From positions 28,545 through 92,544 of the forward strand of contig JBAXAI010000014.1 of NCBI GenBank assembly GCA_037142615.1: 64,000 nt of DNA, in the 5' to 3' direction. The DNA is from Spirochaetales bacterium (GTDB lineage Bacteria > Spirochaetota > Spirochaetia > JABEVK01). Numbering within the stretch: position 1 is the first letter of the stretch; the number at the start of each line of letters is the position of its first letter. A model generated the notes under the pieces. The model ran no database searches, was not told the DNA's origin, and saw nothing but the letters and a program-made list of their open reading frames with translations. A program made the position numbers and the translations under genes. Positions 1 through 10,063 of this stretch are shown piece by piece.

Positions 1-656
1 TGGGTGACGTTGGAGTCGCTGCACGTGAGGATGGTGAGCGCCTTTCGGTGCAGGTAGGCCGCGTTGCAGTAGAGTGCATAGCATTCCATGTCGGTGCCGG
101 CGCAGCCCATATCGGCCCACGCCTTCCAGCCGGCCTCGCCGCGAGCGCTGTACAGGCTGAACAGGTCGCTCGAAAAAACGTTGCCTGCCCAGTGGCGGGC
201 ACCCAGCTTGCGGGCTTCGCCGACGGCGGTTTCGAGCAGGGCGAAGTCGGCGCAGGGCGCAAAAACCCCTGGGAGCGCGTACTGGCTGGCGTAGTTCGAG
301 TCGCTCGAGGCGCTCATCGCGAACAGGATGTCGCCTACCTCGACGTCGGCGGTTAGGCCTCCGCAGGTTCCAATGCGCAAGATCCGCTCCACACCGTAGT
401 GCTCATACAGTTCGAACGAATACAACCCCATCGAAGGGCCACCCATGCCCGAGCCCATCACGCTGACGCGCACACCCTTGTAGGTGCCCGTAAAGCCGAG
501 CATGCCGCGGATGCCCGTGAATTGCACCACGTCGGTCAGCAGTGTGTCGGCCAGGTGCTTGGCGCGCAGCGGGTCGCCCGGCATCAAAACAGTTTTTGCA
601 ATGTCGCCGGGCTGGCCGGCGTTGTGGGGGGTGGTCGTTTTCCAAAAAGCCATCAT
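1..656 (-). CDS. deoD: Purine-nucleoside phosphorylase (DeoD type), 3' end outside window
   Basis: Manual translation MMAFWKTTTPHNAGQPGDIAKTVLMPGDPLRAK...GSGMGGPSMGLYSFEL; ATGA overlap with the upstream permease stop. Confidence 0.93.
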   Translation of the reverse strand, partial: MMAFWKTTTPHNAGQPGDIAKTVLMPGDPLRAKHLADTLLTDVVQFTGIRGMLGFTGTYKGVRVSVMGSGMGGPSMGLYSFELYEHYGVERILRIGTCGGLTADVEVGDILFAMSASSDSNYASQYALPGVFAPCADFALLETAVGEARKLGARHWAGNVFSSDLFSLYSARGEAGWKAWADMGCAGTDMECYALYCNAAYLHRKALTILTCSDSNVT

Positions 657-1558
657 CGGAGTCCTTTTTCGTAGGGTTGGCCAATGGCCTTGGGGGCGAA
701 GTCTTTGCCCGAGAACAACACGAGGGTCAGGATGGTGAGCACGTACGGCACCACGCTGAAGAACTGCGGAGGCAAGAAACGCAGACTTTGCACGTTGACC
801 ATCGAAATGGCCAGAGCCACTGAGGTGCCAAACAAGGCGGCGGCCCCGGCGACTCCTCCAGGCAGCCATCGCCCGAAGCTGACGGCCGCCAGCGCGATAA
901 AGCCTTGCCCGTTAATGGAATGCATTGTGTACTGAATGGTTTCGGTAAGCACAAGGCACGAGCCAGCGAGCCCGCCGAGCACGCCCGACGCCAGCACGGC
1001 GAGATAACGCAGGCGACGAACGTCGATACCGGCGGCGGCGGCGGCTTGCGGGTTCTCACCACAGGAGCGCAACCGCAGCCCGGCCGGGCGCTTGTACAAA
1101 AAGAACCAGACGCCTATCAGCACCAGCGCGGCAATCCATACCGTGGGGTAGAGACCCAAGCCGTCGGTGGTCATGCCGATCTGGAAGGCCGAGGTGCGGT
1201 CCTGGTGGAACAGGATCTGGCACAGGAACACCGTGGCGCCGACAGCGAGCAGGTTGATGCCGGTACCCGAAACCACCTGGTCGGCGTTGAGGCTGATCGA
1301 CGCGTAGGCGTGGATGAGGCTGAACAGCCCACCGGCAGCCATGCCCGAAGCCACGCCGATCCAGAGCGACCAGCCCGGAAGCACCGGCTCGAGCAGCACA
1401 TGCACGGTGGCGCCGGTAAAGGCACCGATGCCCATCAGGCCCTCGAGGGCAATGTTCACCACGCCCGAGCGCTCGCTGATCATGCCGCCCACAGCTGCAA
1501 TCAAAATGGGCGCCACCATCATCAAAATGGAAGGAAGCAAGCTGGCAAGGTCGATCAT
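653..1558 (-). CDS. Nucleoside ABC transporter permease 2
   Basis: MIDLASLL...SERSGVVNIALEG, GLRLRSCGENP, GQGFIALAA motifs; start corrected from ORF 653..2485. Confidence 0.9.
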   Translation of the reverse strand: MIDLASLLPSILMMVAPILIAAVGGMISERSGVVNIALEGLMGIGAFTGATVHVLLEPVLPGWSLWIGVASGMAAGGLFSLIHAYASISLNADQVVSGTGINLLAVGATVFLCQILFHQDRTSAFQIGMTTDGLGLYPTVWIAALVLIGVWFFLYKRPAGLRLRSCGENPQAAAAAGIDVRRLRYLAVLASGVLGGLAGSCLVLTETIQYTMHSINGQGFIALAAVSFGRWLPGGVAGAAALFGTSVALAISMVNVQSLRFLPPQFFSVVPYVLTILTLVLFSGKDFAPKAIGQPYEKGLR

Positions 1559-2688
1559 GACTTGGTCCTTTGGGCGACCGACTGTTGCCTGGCGCGCCAG
1601 TCGGCGAGGAGTTTGAAGCCGTTGCGGAACGAGATAAACACCACGACCAGCCCGAAGATGATCCAGGTGATTTCTTTGGGGATGTCGCGGCTTTGCATCA
1701 GCGGTTGGGCCGAGTTGAGCATACCGAACAGCAGGCCGGCCAACAGCGAGCCGATGGCCGACACGTTGCCCACCAGCGCCACGGCGATGCCGTTGAACCC
1801 GTAGTTTTCCATGCCCGGCAGCACACGCCCGTAGCTGAAACTTCCCAGGGCGACGATGACCCCCGCCAGCCCCGCGAACGCACCTGCGATGAGCATCGAA
1901 GTGGTGATGGCACTTTGTACCTTGATGCCCGAAGCTCTGGCAGCTTCTTTGTTCAAACCGGTGGCCCGCAGCGAAAAGCCCAGCCTTGTCTTGTCGATGA
2001 CGAACCAGAAGAACAACACCGACAGCAACATGAACCACAAGCCGTTGCTCAGGCGCGAACCGTTGGTGAGCACACTGATCCAGTCGTTCTGCAGCAGGGC
2101 GGTCTCGGGGAAGGCCTTGGTGCGGTAGGTGTTGGCCCCGGGCGCAAAGGCCTGGGTTACCCACTGGCTGAGGTAGAGCGCGATGTAATTGAGCATGATG
2201 GTGGTCACCACCTCGCTTACGGTGTACTTGGCCTTGAGCCAACCCGCGATGCCACCCCAAAGGGCCCCGGCCGCGGTACCGGCCGCCACGCACAGCAACC
2301 AGTGCAGGCCCGGGATGGGTGGGAACATCAAGGCGACAAACTGCGCCGCCGTCAGCCCGGCGATGTATTGCCCTTCGGCGCCGATGTTGAACAGCCCGGT
2401 ACGCGACGCGAACGCCATCGACAGCCCGCACAGAACCAACGGCATCGAGGCCACGAACCATTCCCCGATGTAGCGCGCATTCCAAACCCCACGGCTCGAG
2501 TCCCAGCCGGTGACCACCTGAAGCAGGGCACTGAACATGTTCAGCGGGTTCCGGCCGACGAGCACGATGAACAGACTTCCGAACACAAAGCCGAGCGCGA
2601 TGACCAGAAGCGACACGGCCCAGTTGGATCGGGTGAACAGATCGATCAGATCGAACTTCTCTTTGGTGGGTAGGGTTTTATCCGACAT
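1555..2688 (-). CDS. Nucleoside ABC transporter permease 1
   Basis: GLFNIGAEGQ, GFSLRATG, GFNGIAVAL motifs; hydrophobic. Confidence 0.9.
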   Translation of the reverse strand: MSDKTLPTKEKFDLIDLFTRSNWAVSLLVIALGFVFGSLFIVLVGRNPLNMFSALLQVVTGWDSSRGVWNARYIGEWFVASMPLVLCGLSMAFASRTGLFNIGAEGQYIAGLTAAQFVALMFPPIPGLHWLLCVAAGTAAGALWGGIAGWLKAKYTVSEVVTTIMLNYIALYLSQWVTQAFAPGANTYRTKAFPETALLQNDWISVLTNGSRLSNGLWFMLLSVLFFWFVIDKTRLGFSLRATGLNKEAARASGIKVQSAITTSMLIAGAFAGLAGVIVALGSFSYGRVLPGMENYGFNGIAVALVGNVSAIGSLLAGLLFGMLNSAQPLMQSRDIPKEITWIIFGLVVVFISFRNGFKLLADWRARQQSVAQRTKS

Positions 2689-4204
2689 TTCGTACTCCAG
2701 CCATCATGGCGCCGATCTCGTTGACGTCGGCTTTTTCGGCGGGCACGAGGCCCACGATCTCACCCTTGCTGAGGGCGGCGATCCAGTCGCAAAGGCCCAG
2801 GATCTCGTCGAGTTCAAAGCTGACGAGCAAGACAGCCCTCCCCTTGTCGCGTTCGGCCACCAACCGCTGGTGGATGTACTCGATGGCTCCCACGTCGAGG
2901 CCGCGGGTGGGCTGGGCCACCACGAGCAGCTCAGGGCTCAGGTCGATCTCGCGGGCAATGATGGCCTTTTGCTGATTGCCCCCCGACATCGAACGGGCCT
3001 TGGTGACGGGACCCTGGCCAGCACGGATATCAAACTGCTCGATCATGGTCTTGGCGTGCTCAAGCATGGGCTTTTGATGCAACAGCCCCACCGCGTTGGA
3101 GTAGGGTGCACGGTCGAAGGTTTTCAGAACCAGATTCTCATCGAGCCGGAAGTCGAGCACCAACCCGTGTTTGTGCCGGTCTTCGGGCACGTGGCCGATT
3201 CCGTGGCGGATGCGGTCGCGGATGGTCATTTTGGTGATGTCCTCGCCGTTCAGCTCGATAGTGCCACCAGAAGGCGCAACCAACCCGGTGATGGCCGAAA
3301 GGAGCTCGGTCTGACCGTTGCCGTCGACACCGGCGATGCCGACGATTTCTCCGGCGCGCACTTCGAGGCTTAGGCCCCGCACCGCATCGTTGCCTTTGTC
3401 ACCCTTGACGGTGAGGTTTTTCAGCGACAGCACCACTTTGCCGGGTTTGGCCGGAACCTTGTCGAGGCCGAACTTGATCGGCCTACCCACCATCATTTCG
3501 GCCAGAGCCTGCTCGGTGGTGTCGGCGACGTTGACCGTGCCCACCACCTTGCCGCGGCGCAGCACCGTGCAGCGGTCGGCCGACTCGGTGATCTCCTTGA
3601 GCTTGTGGGTGATCAGGATGATGGTTTTTCCCTCGGCCTTGAGGCGGCCGAGCGTCACCATCAGCTCGTCGATTTCCTGGGGCGTGAGAACCGCCGTCGG
3701 CTCGTCAAAAATCATCAGGTTGGCATTGCGGTACAGGATCTTGAGGATTTCGACCCGCTGTTGCATGCCGACCGTGATGCTTTCGATCTTGGCGCGCGGA
3801 TCGACGTTCAGACTGTACTTTTCCGAGAGCGCGGCCACTCTGGCCTCGGCTTCGCGCAGGTCGGTGTTCCCTGCAAAGCCTCTGGGAATCTGCCCCAGGA
3901 CGATGTTCTCGGTGACCGTGTAGTTGTGCACCAACTTGAAGTGCTGGTGCACCATGCCGATGCCGTGGGCGAAGGCGTCGTTGGGGTTGGTGATGGTCAC
4001 CGGCTGGCCGTCGATGCGGATCGAGCCACCATCGGGATCGTACAGGCCGAAGAGGATCGACATCAGCGTCGACTTCCCGGCGCCGTTTTCGCCCAGCAGA
4101 GCGTGAACCTCGTTAGGCTTCACCTGCAAGGTCACGTCGTCGTTGGCAATGATGCCGGGAAAAACCTTCGTGATGCCCAACATTTCGATGGCGTATTCGG
4201 CCAT
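2678..4204 (-). CDS. Sugar/nucleoside ABC transporter ATP-binding protein (two ABC domains)
   Basis: GENGAGKST, DEPT, SGGNQQK, QPTRGLDVGA. Confidence 0.93.
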   Translation of the reverse strand: MAEYAIEMLGITKVFPGIIANDDVTLQVKPNEVHALLGENGAGKSTLMSILFGLYDPDGGSIRIDGQPVTITNPNDAFAHGIGMVHQHFKLVHNYTVTENIVLGQIPRGFAGNTDLREAEARVAALSEKYSLNVDPRAKIESITVGMQQRVEILKILYRNANLMIFDEPTAVLTPQEIDELMVTLGRLKAEGKTIILITHKLKEITESADRCTVLRRGKVVGTVNVADTTEQALAEMMVGRPIKFGLDKVPAKPGKVVLSLKNLTVKGDKGNDAVRGLSLEVRAGEIVGIAGVDGNGQTELLSAITGLVAPSGGTIELNGEDITKMTIRDRIRHGIGHVPEDRHKHGLVLDFRLDENLVLKTFDRAPYSNAVGLLHQKPMLEHAKTMIEQFDIRAGQGPVTKARSMSGGNQQKAIIAREIDLSPELLVVAQPTRGLDVGAIEYIHQRLVAERDKGRAVLLVSFELDEILGLCDWIAALSKGEIVGLVPAEKADVNEIGAMMAGVRNVG

Positions 4205-4220
4205 GGAACCCCCTTGTCGC

Positions 4221-4266
4221 AAAAAAAGCCGACAGGCCAGTGTACAACACACTTGGGCCTGTCGGC
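4221..4266 (-). terminator. Intrinsic terminator-like hairpin between binding protein and ATPase genes
   Basis: gccgacaggcc (4228-4238) / ggcctgtcggc (4256-4266) followed by a T7 run on the minus strand. Confidence 0.7.
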
Positions 4267-4286
4267 GAAGAATTTACGCGGGAGAA

Positions 4287-5399
4287 CTAGTCGTCTTTGG
4301 CCTGCAGGTTCTGCGGGAAGCCGGGGAGGGCCTTCGCTTCCTTGTAGGTGGCGGCGACCTTGATGGTACCGGCGATGATCTCGGCCTTGGCCTTGTTCAC
4401 CGCGTCCACAATGTCCTTGCCCAACTCGGCGTTGGCGTCGCTGAAGCCTACACCGTCGGCCTTGGTGTCGAACACGGTGACTTCGGCCTTGAACGTGCCA
4501 GCCTTGACGGCGTTCAGCGCGTAGGCGGTCGATGCTTCGACGCGCTTGATCATCGAGGTCAACACGGCCGACTTACCGTCGGCGTAAACGCCGTCGGCGT
4601 ATTGGTCGCTGTCGACACCGATGGCCCAGACGTTCTTGTCCTTGAGGCGGTATTCCTTGGCCTGAGCGATGGTGCCGTTTCCGGTACCGCCGGCGGCCGA
4701 GAAAATGGTGGTGACGCCGGAGTCGTACCAGTTTTTGGCTTGGGTCTTGGCCAGTTCGGGCTTGCCCCAGTCGTTGGCGTAGTAGTCGACAATCTTGGCG
4801 GTCGGGAGAACCGACAGGATGCCCTGGATGTAACCGACTTCGAACTTGGTGATGACCGCGCCGGGCACGCCACCGATGAAGCCGAACTTGGGATCCTTGA
4901 TTCCGTCAGCCTTGGCCTTGAGCGCCGCGGCGACACCAACCAGGTACGAGCCTTCGTGTTCGCTGAAGACGGCCTGCAAGACGTTGGGCAAGCCGACCCA
5001 ATTCACGTCAACGATGAGGTACTTCTGGTCGGGGTAGCTCTTGGCCACTTCGGTCAGAGCGTCGGCCCAGGTGAAGCCCGTGACGATGATCAGGTCATAC
5101 TTTTCGTCCGAAGCCTGCTTCAGGTTCGGGACGTACATGTCCTGGGTCTGGGCGGTGACCACATCGTAGGTTTTGCCCTTGCCGGCCGGGGACGCTGCGG
5201 TGTCGCCATAGAAGCCGACGATTCCGCGCCAAGCGGCGGCGTTGAACGACTTGTCATCGATGCCTGTGGCGTCGGTGAGCAGCCGTACCGTGGTGGCCTT
5301 GACGGCGGGTGCCGCAGGAGCGGTAGGTGCGCAGCTGGCGAGCAGCAATCCGACCGCCACTCCAGCGATCGCCAAAACACTGAACTTATTCAGTTTCAT
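4287..5399 (-). CDS. BMP-family (PnrA/TmpC-like) nucleoside-binding lipoprotein
   Basis: Lipobox LLASC; DDKSFNAAAW, AIGVDSDQ, LTSMIKRV. Confidence 0.92.
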   Translation of the reverse strand: MKLNKFSVLAIAGVAVGLLLASCAPTAPAAPAVKATTVRLLTDATGIDDKSFNAAAWRGIVGFYGDTAASPAGKGKTYDVVTAQTQDMYVPNLKQASDEKYDLIIVTGFTWADALTEVAKSYPDQKYLIVDVNWVGLPNVLQAVFSEHEGSYLVGVAAALKAKADGIKDPKFGFIGGVPGAVITKFEVGYIQGILSVLPTAKIVDYYANDWGKPELAKTQAKNWYDSGVTTIFSAAGGTGNGTIAQAKEYRLKDKNVWAIGVDSDQYADGVYADGKSAVLTSMIKRVEASTAYALNAVKAGTFKAEVTVFDTKADGVGFSDANAELGKDIVDAVNKAKAEIIAGTIKVAATYKEAKALPGFPQNLQAKDD

Positions 5400-5491
5400 G
5401 GGGTTGTTCCTCCTTGAAGAACGGGTAAGAGATGAGTTTCAGATTAGACCGTTCCGAAGTGTTCGTCAAACGTTGGAAGATGACACTCTCG

Positions 5492-6955
5492 TCATCTTCC
5501 GAGGGCCTTGTTGTACATTTCGACGTAGACCTTGGCGCTGCGGTCCCACGAATAGTCCTGGGCCATGGCCGACTGCTGCATCTTGAGGTAGTGAGCCCGA
5601 CGGTCGTACCAGGTGCTCACGGCCCAGCCCACGCTGAAGTAGATGGCGGTCGGGTTGGCGTCGGCAAACTTGAAGCCGGTTCCTTCGCCGGTGGCCTCGT
5701 TGTACTGAACCACGCTGTCATCGAGGCCGCCGGTGGCCCGCACGATGGGTAAGGTGCCGTACTTGAGCGAGTACAGCTGGTTGAGGCCGCAGGGCTCAAA
5801 GATAGAGGGCATAATGAAATAGTCGCTGCCGGCCTCGATGAGGTGGCTGAGCGCCTCGTCATAGCCGATCCAAGTGCCGATTTTGCCCGGGAAGCGTCGG
5901 GGAAGGTCACCGTAGAAGCTTTCGAGCACCTTGTCGCCCGAACCGAGCACGACGAACTGCACCCGCATGTCGGTGACGATGCCCTCGAGCACTTCGGCCA
6001 GCTGGTCGAGGCCCTTCTGGGCGGCAAAGCGGCTCACCACGCCGATGATGGGAACTTCTGCGTCGATTTCGAGGCCGAAGCGCTCTTGCAGGGCCTTTTT
6101 GCACACGGCCTTGCCCCCCAAGTCTTTGGCGCTGTAGGTGGCGGGCAGGGTCTTGTCGGTTTCGGGGGTCCATTGGGCGTAGTCGACGCCGTTGAGGATG
6201 CCCCAATAGCTTTCGCCGCGGTTGTTGAGATACGGCGCAAGGCCGTAGCCCAGTTCGGGGGTCTTGGTCTCTTTGGCGTAGGTGGGGCTGACGGTGCTCA
6301 CCCAGTGGGCCGACGAAATGCCTCCCTTGAGCAGGTTGAGCTTGCCCCAGCTTTCGAACTTGTCGGGGTGGAAGTTGGCCCAGCCCAACCCCAGGTAGTC
6401 GACCGCCGCTTTGTCGTACACTCCCTGGTAGGCGATGTTGTGAATGGTCAGCACTGTGGCGGCTTTGCCTAGAACCGGATCACTGTGGTACCAGTCGCGC
6501 GTCGCCGTCACGGCCACCGCACCCTGCCAGTCGTGGCCGTGCACGATGTCGGGGGCAAAACCCAGGGCCTTGCACAACTGGAGTGCCGCCAAACCCAAAA
6601 ACCCGAAGCGCAGCGCGTTGTCGAGGTAGTCGTTCAGTTGGGCGTCGTGGTAGTACCCGATACGGTCGAAGTAGGTTTGGAACTCGATGAAATAGGTGGT
6701 GAAGCCCGCGACGTCGCTCTTGAATACGGCGCACCATTCCTCGCCGGTGCCCGTGTGCACGCAGAACGGCGCCAGAGCCAATTCCAGCTTGAACTTGGCG
6801 CGGTTGATGGCCGAGTACAGCGGCATCACGACGATAGCTTCGTGACCGAGTTGCTTGAGGGCGAGCGGAAGCGCCCCCACCACGTCGGCCAAGCCGCCGG
6901 TCTTCGCGAAGGGAACGCATTCCGAACTCACCATGAGAACTTTGAGGGGTTTCAT
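5492..6955 (-). CDS. glgA: Glycogen synthase
   Basis: PFAKTGGLADV, HGHDWQ, TIHNIAYQG, PSIFEPCGLNQL. Confidence 0.95.
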   Translation of the reverse strand: MKPLKVLMVSSECVPFAKTGGLADVVGALPLALKQLGHEAIVVMPLYSAINRAKFKLELALAPFCVHTGTGEEWCAVFKSDVAGFTTYFIEFQTYFDRIGYYHDAQLNDYLDNALRFGFLGLAALQLCKALGFAPDIVHGHDWQGAVAVTATRDWYHSDPVLGKAATVLTIHNIAYQGVYDKAAVDYLGLGWANFHPDKFESWGKLNLLKGGISSAHWVSTVSPTYAKETKTPELGYGLAPYLNNRGESYWGILNGVDYAQWTPETDKTLPATYSAKDLGGKAVCKKALQERFGLEIDAEVPIIGVVSRFAAQKGLDQLAEVLEGIVTDMRVQFVVLGSGDKVLESFYGDLPRRFPGKIGTWIGYDEALSHLIEAGSDYFIMPSIFEPCGLNQLYSLKYGTLPIVRATGGLDDSVVQYNEATGEGTGFKFADANPTAIYFSVGWAVSTWYDRRAHYLKMQQSAMAQDYSWDRSAKVYVEMYNKALGR

Positions 6956-6975
6956 CCGTCCAGCCTAGTTCAGAG

Positions 6976-9183
6976 TCAGCTGTCCTGCAATGCCGCGAGT
7001 GCGGTGTGGCTCTTGCGCAGCCGTTTTGAGATGACCGAACTGAGGGTTTCGAAGAACTTGGCGGCCGCGTGCGGATCCTTGAGGGCGGCCTCGTCGAAGG
7101 CTTCGCGGCGCAACACGTACAGGCTCACCTTTCCCTGCGCCACGGCATCGGCCGAACGGGTCTCGTTGTCCAAAAACGCCATGTCGCCAAAGAATCCGCC
7201 GCGGTTGAAGGTCGCGAGGTGGAAGCCCTGGTCACCCGCCAGAGGCAGCACGATCTTCACCTCGCCCGACCGGATCAGGTACAGTTCTCGGCCGGCATCA
7301 CCTTTGAGGAAGATCTTCTCGCCGCTTTTCCAGGTCTTGGCCTCGGCGGTATGGCGGAAGCGTTCGACCAGGCCCTCGGGAAAGTCCTCAAAGAGTTCGA
7401 ACTCGGCGAGGTCCATTTCCAGCTGTTCATTGGCGCCGCCCGGGGTCAGCTCGCGGATGGTTTCGTCTTCGGCCCATTCGAGCGCTGCGTCGAGGTCGGG
7501 GCAGAACTTCAGGTTGCTGGTTTCGTCGGTGAGGCCGAGTTCGGCCAGGTACTTCTTGGCGTCAAGGCCGGTGGGAAGGCTGCGCGGAACCGAGGCCAGC
7601 ACCAGCGTGCCGCCAAAGTCCTTGAGCTGGCCCAGAATCTGCTTGAGCATGTTGGCGGCCGTGTAGTCGACCGACTGCACGTTGCGCATGTTGACGATCA
7701 CGTACCGGCTGACTCGGAACGACGACTCCATTTCGGTGTACAGCTGGTCGGCCGTACCGAAAAACAGCTGGCCCTGCACGTCGAACACCATGGTGCGGTT
7801 GCCCGAGCCCTCGAGAATCTGCAGTTCGTCGGTGGGTCGGCTCTTGCGGCTGAAAATGCGATCGCCGGGGATCTTGCGGCGGACGACCGAGGAGCGAAGC
7901 TGGTCGCGCAGGAACAGCACAATGGCGAGCGCGATGCCTACTCCGCTGGCCACGATGAGGCTGAAGCTGAGCGCGGCGACGATGACGGCCAAAATGACCA
8001 CGAAGTCGAACACCGTGGTGCGGTGGCGCAGAAGGTGCACGCTGTGACGGTCGATCATGCGGATGCCCACGACGATGAGGATGCCCGCCAAGGCGGAAAC
8101 GGGAAGCCAGGCGATGACCGGGAGCAACAGCAGAGCGACGATGAGAGAAAAGCTTCCCGACAGCACGCCCGAGAACTTGGTCTTGGCGCCGCTGTTCAGG
8201 TTGACCATGGTGGCTCCCATGGTGCCGGCTCCGGGCATGCCACCCAGGAAGCCGGCGACCATGTTGCCCAAGCCCTGGCCCACGAGTTCTTTGTTCGAGT
8301 TGTGGCGTGAGTGCGTCACCACGTCGAGGATGACGCAGGTTTTGAGGGTGTCGATGGAAAGCAGCGCCGCAAGGGTGAGCACCGGCGTGGACAGCAACAT
8401 CAGATCGGCCGGCCCGAGCGACAATACCTGCCCCCACGAGTTGGCTAGGTCGGTGAAGTAGCCCAGACCCGCCACCGGAATGGCCCCGATGACCATCTTG
8501 TTGTGTTCCAGCACCAGGAGCGTGGGGTCAAACAACCCGAGACCGAAGTAGGTGAGCGTGCCCACCGTGAGTGCGATGATGGCCGCGGGGATGGCCTTTA
8601 TGATCTTGCCCGCCAGCAACATCACCGCCATGGCGACCAGCCCGACGACAATGGCCTGCCAATGCCAGCCCTGCGGTTGGGTAGCCAGCTGCCACAGGTT
8701 CCAGTCCTTGGGGGCGCCCAGCAGTTTGGGAAGTTGACCCGTGACGATGATTAGTCCGACACCGCTGAGGTAGCCGGCCACTACCGGGTAAGGAATGTAC
8801 TTGATGATCTTGCCGCCGCCGAGCCGGCCGACGATCAGCTGCGTGAGCCCGGCCAGCACCGCCGTGAGTGACACCAGCAGCAGGATGCGTGGCGGCGAGT
8901 AACCACCCTGAGCCACCAGTGTGGCCGTGAACACCGAAAGCACGGCCGCCGCGGGAGCGCAGGGGGCCGAGATGAGCCGGGGCGTGCCACCAAAGAGGGC
9001 TGCCACAAGCCCCAGCGCGAAGGCTCCCACAATCCCGCTGAAGGCGGCTTGTCCTGTCAGTTCTGGGCCCAGCGGAGCGAAAACGATGAGGGCGTACGCG
9101 ATGGCTGACGGCAAAGCCACCAGCATGGCAGTCAGGCCGCCGAAAATATCGCCGGACTGAAGGGAACGGTTGGGAGTGCTCAT
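6976..9183 (-). CDS. SulP/SLC26 anion transporter with STAS and C-terminal cNMP-binding domain
   Basis: GDIFGGLTAMLVALPSAIAY, NKELVGQGLGN, STAS GQLFFG, cNMP FFGDMAFL...RSADAVA; start MSTPNRS at 9183. Confidence 0.9.
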   Translation of the reverse strand: MSTPNRSLQSGDIFGGLTAMLVALPSAIAYALIVFAPLGPELTGQAAFSGIVGAFALGLVAALFGGTPRLISAPCAPAAAVLSVFTATLVAQGGYSPPRILLLVSLTAVLAGLTQLIVGRLGGGKIIKYIPYPVVAGYLSGVGLIIVTGQLPKLLGAPKDWNLWQLATQPQGWHWQAIVVGLVAMAVMLLAGKIIKAIPAAIIALTVGTLTYFGLGLFDPTLLVLEHNKMVIGAIPVAGLGYFTDLANSWGQVLSLGPADLMLLSTPVLTLAALLSIDTLKTCVILDVVTHSRHNSNKELVGQGLGNMVAGFLGGMPGAGTMGATMVNLNSGAKTKFSGVLSGSFSLIVALLLLPVIAWLPVSALAGILIVVGIRMIDRHSVHLLRHRTTVFDFVVILAVIVAALSFSLIVASGVGIALAIVLFLRDQLRSSVVRRKIPGDRIFSRKSRPTDELQILEGSGNRTMVFDVQGQLFFGTADQLYTEMESSFRVSRYVIVNMRNVQSVDYTAANMLKQILGQLKDFGGTLVLASVPRSLPTGLDAKKYLAELGLTDETSNLKFCPDLDAALEWAEDETIRELTPGGANEQLEMDLAEFELFEDFPEGLVERFRHTAEAKTWKSGEKIFLKGDAGRELYLIRSGEVKIVLPLAGDQGFHLATFNRGGFFGDMAFLDNETRSADAVAQGKVSLYVLRREAFDEAALKDPHAAAKFFETLSSVISKRLRKSHTALAALQDS

Positions 9184-10043
9184 CCTTCTATTGTCGGTCG
9201 GCCGGCCCAAACGAGCAAGGCGCAAGCGCTGAGAGTTAACAGGGCTCCCACAACCTCGAGCGGCTGGAACGCCTCGCCAAAGAGCACCACGCCGGCCACG
9301 ATGTTCACCACCGGAACCAGCGTGCCCAGAAGGCTGCCGGTGCTCACGTTGACGTGCTTGTAGCTCCAGGTCATCAGCAGTTGCCCCGTGGCCGCCAGCA
9401 GCCCGATGGCCAGCAAGAGCACGGCCGGCAACCAGCCCACGGGCGACGCCACGGCATGGGCCGGCAGCAACACGAGCCAGAAACCGCCGATGCACTGCGC
9501 CAAGAAGATGGAACTGCTCGACTCGGTCGCGCTGAGCTTTTTGACGTACATGATGGCCAATCCCGAGAGCACCCCGCTGGCAAAGGCGCTCAGAACCCAC
9601 CAGTTCCAGTGGCCGCTCCCCAACGACGGGAGTTCGACCAGCACCAGGCCCGCGATCGCGAGCACCAGCAAGACGACCATCTTCCATGTGATCTTTTCGC
9701 CCAGGAACAGGGCGCTGAACAAGATGGCGTAAAACGGGTAGGAATACTGAAACAGCGAGGTCTTGCCCAGGCCGATTTCGTTGATCGGGGCCAGGTACAA
9801 GGCCACGCTGAGGCCGCCCACGAGCCCGCGCCACACCAAGCCTTTCAGGTCGGTGAACTTGAGTTCGACCTTGCCAAACAGGGCCAGTGTGACAATGACG
9901 AGCGCTCCGATGGCAAAGCGGTAAAACGCGGCCACCAGCCCGCTCAGGCCCGGCTCGAACCGGATCAAGATGGCCATCAGGCAAAAGAACAGGTTGGAGA
10001 CCAGCATGGCCGAAACGCCGACGGTGTAGCGGGAACGGGGCAT
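9180..10043 (-). CDS. DMT/EamA family transporter
   Basis: Two EamA repeats, each ending LFLGE / LFGE; about 10 TM segments. Confidence 0.88.
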   Translation of the reverse strand: MPRSRYTVGVSAMLVSNLFFCLMAILIRFEPGLSGLVAAFYRFAIGALVIVTLALFGKVELKFTDLKGLVWRGLVGGLSVALYLAPINEIGLGKTSLFQYSYPFYAILFSALFLGEKITWKMVVLLVLAIAGLVLVELPSLGSGHWNWWVLSAFASGVLSGLAIMYVKKLSATESSSSIFLAQCIGGFWLVLLPAHAVASPVGWLPAVLLLAIGLLAATGQLLMTWSYKHVNVSTGSLLGTLVPVVNIVAGVVLFGEAFQPLEVVGALLTLSACALLVWAGRPTIEG

Positions 10044-10063
10044 GCTGGCCAGAGTAGCACAGG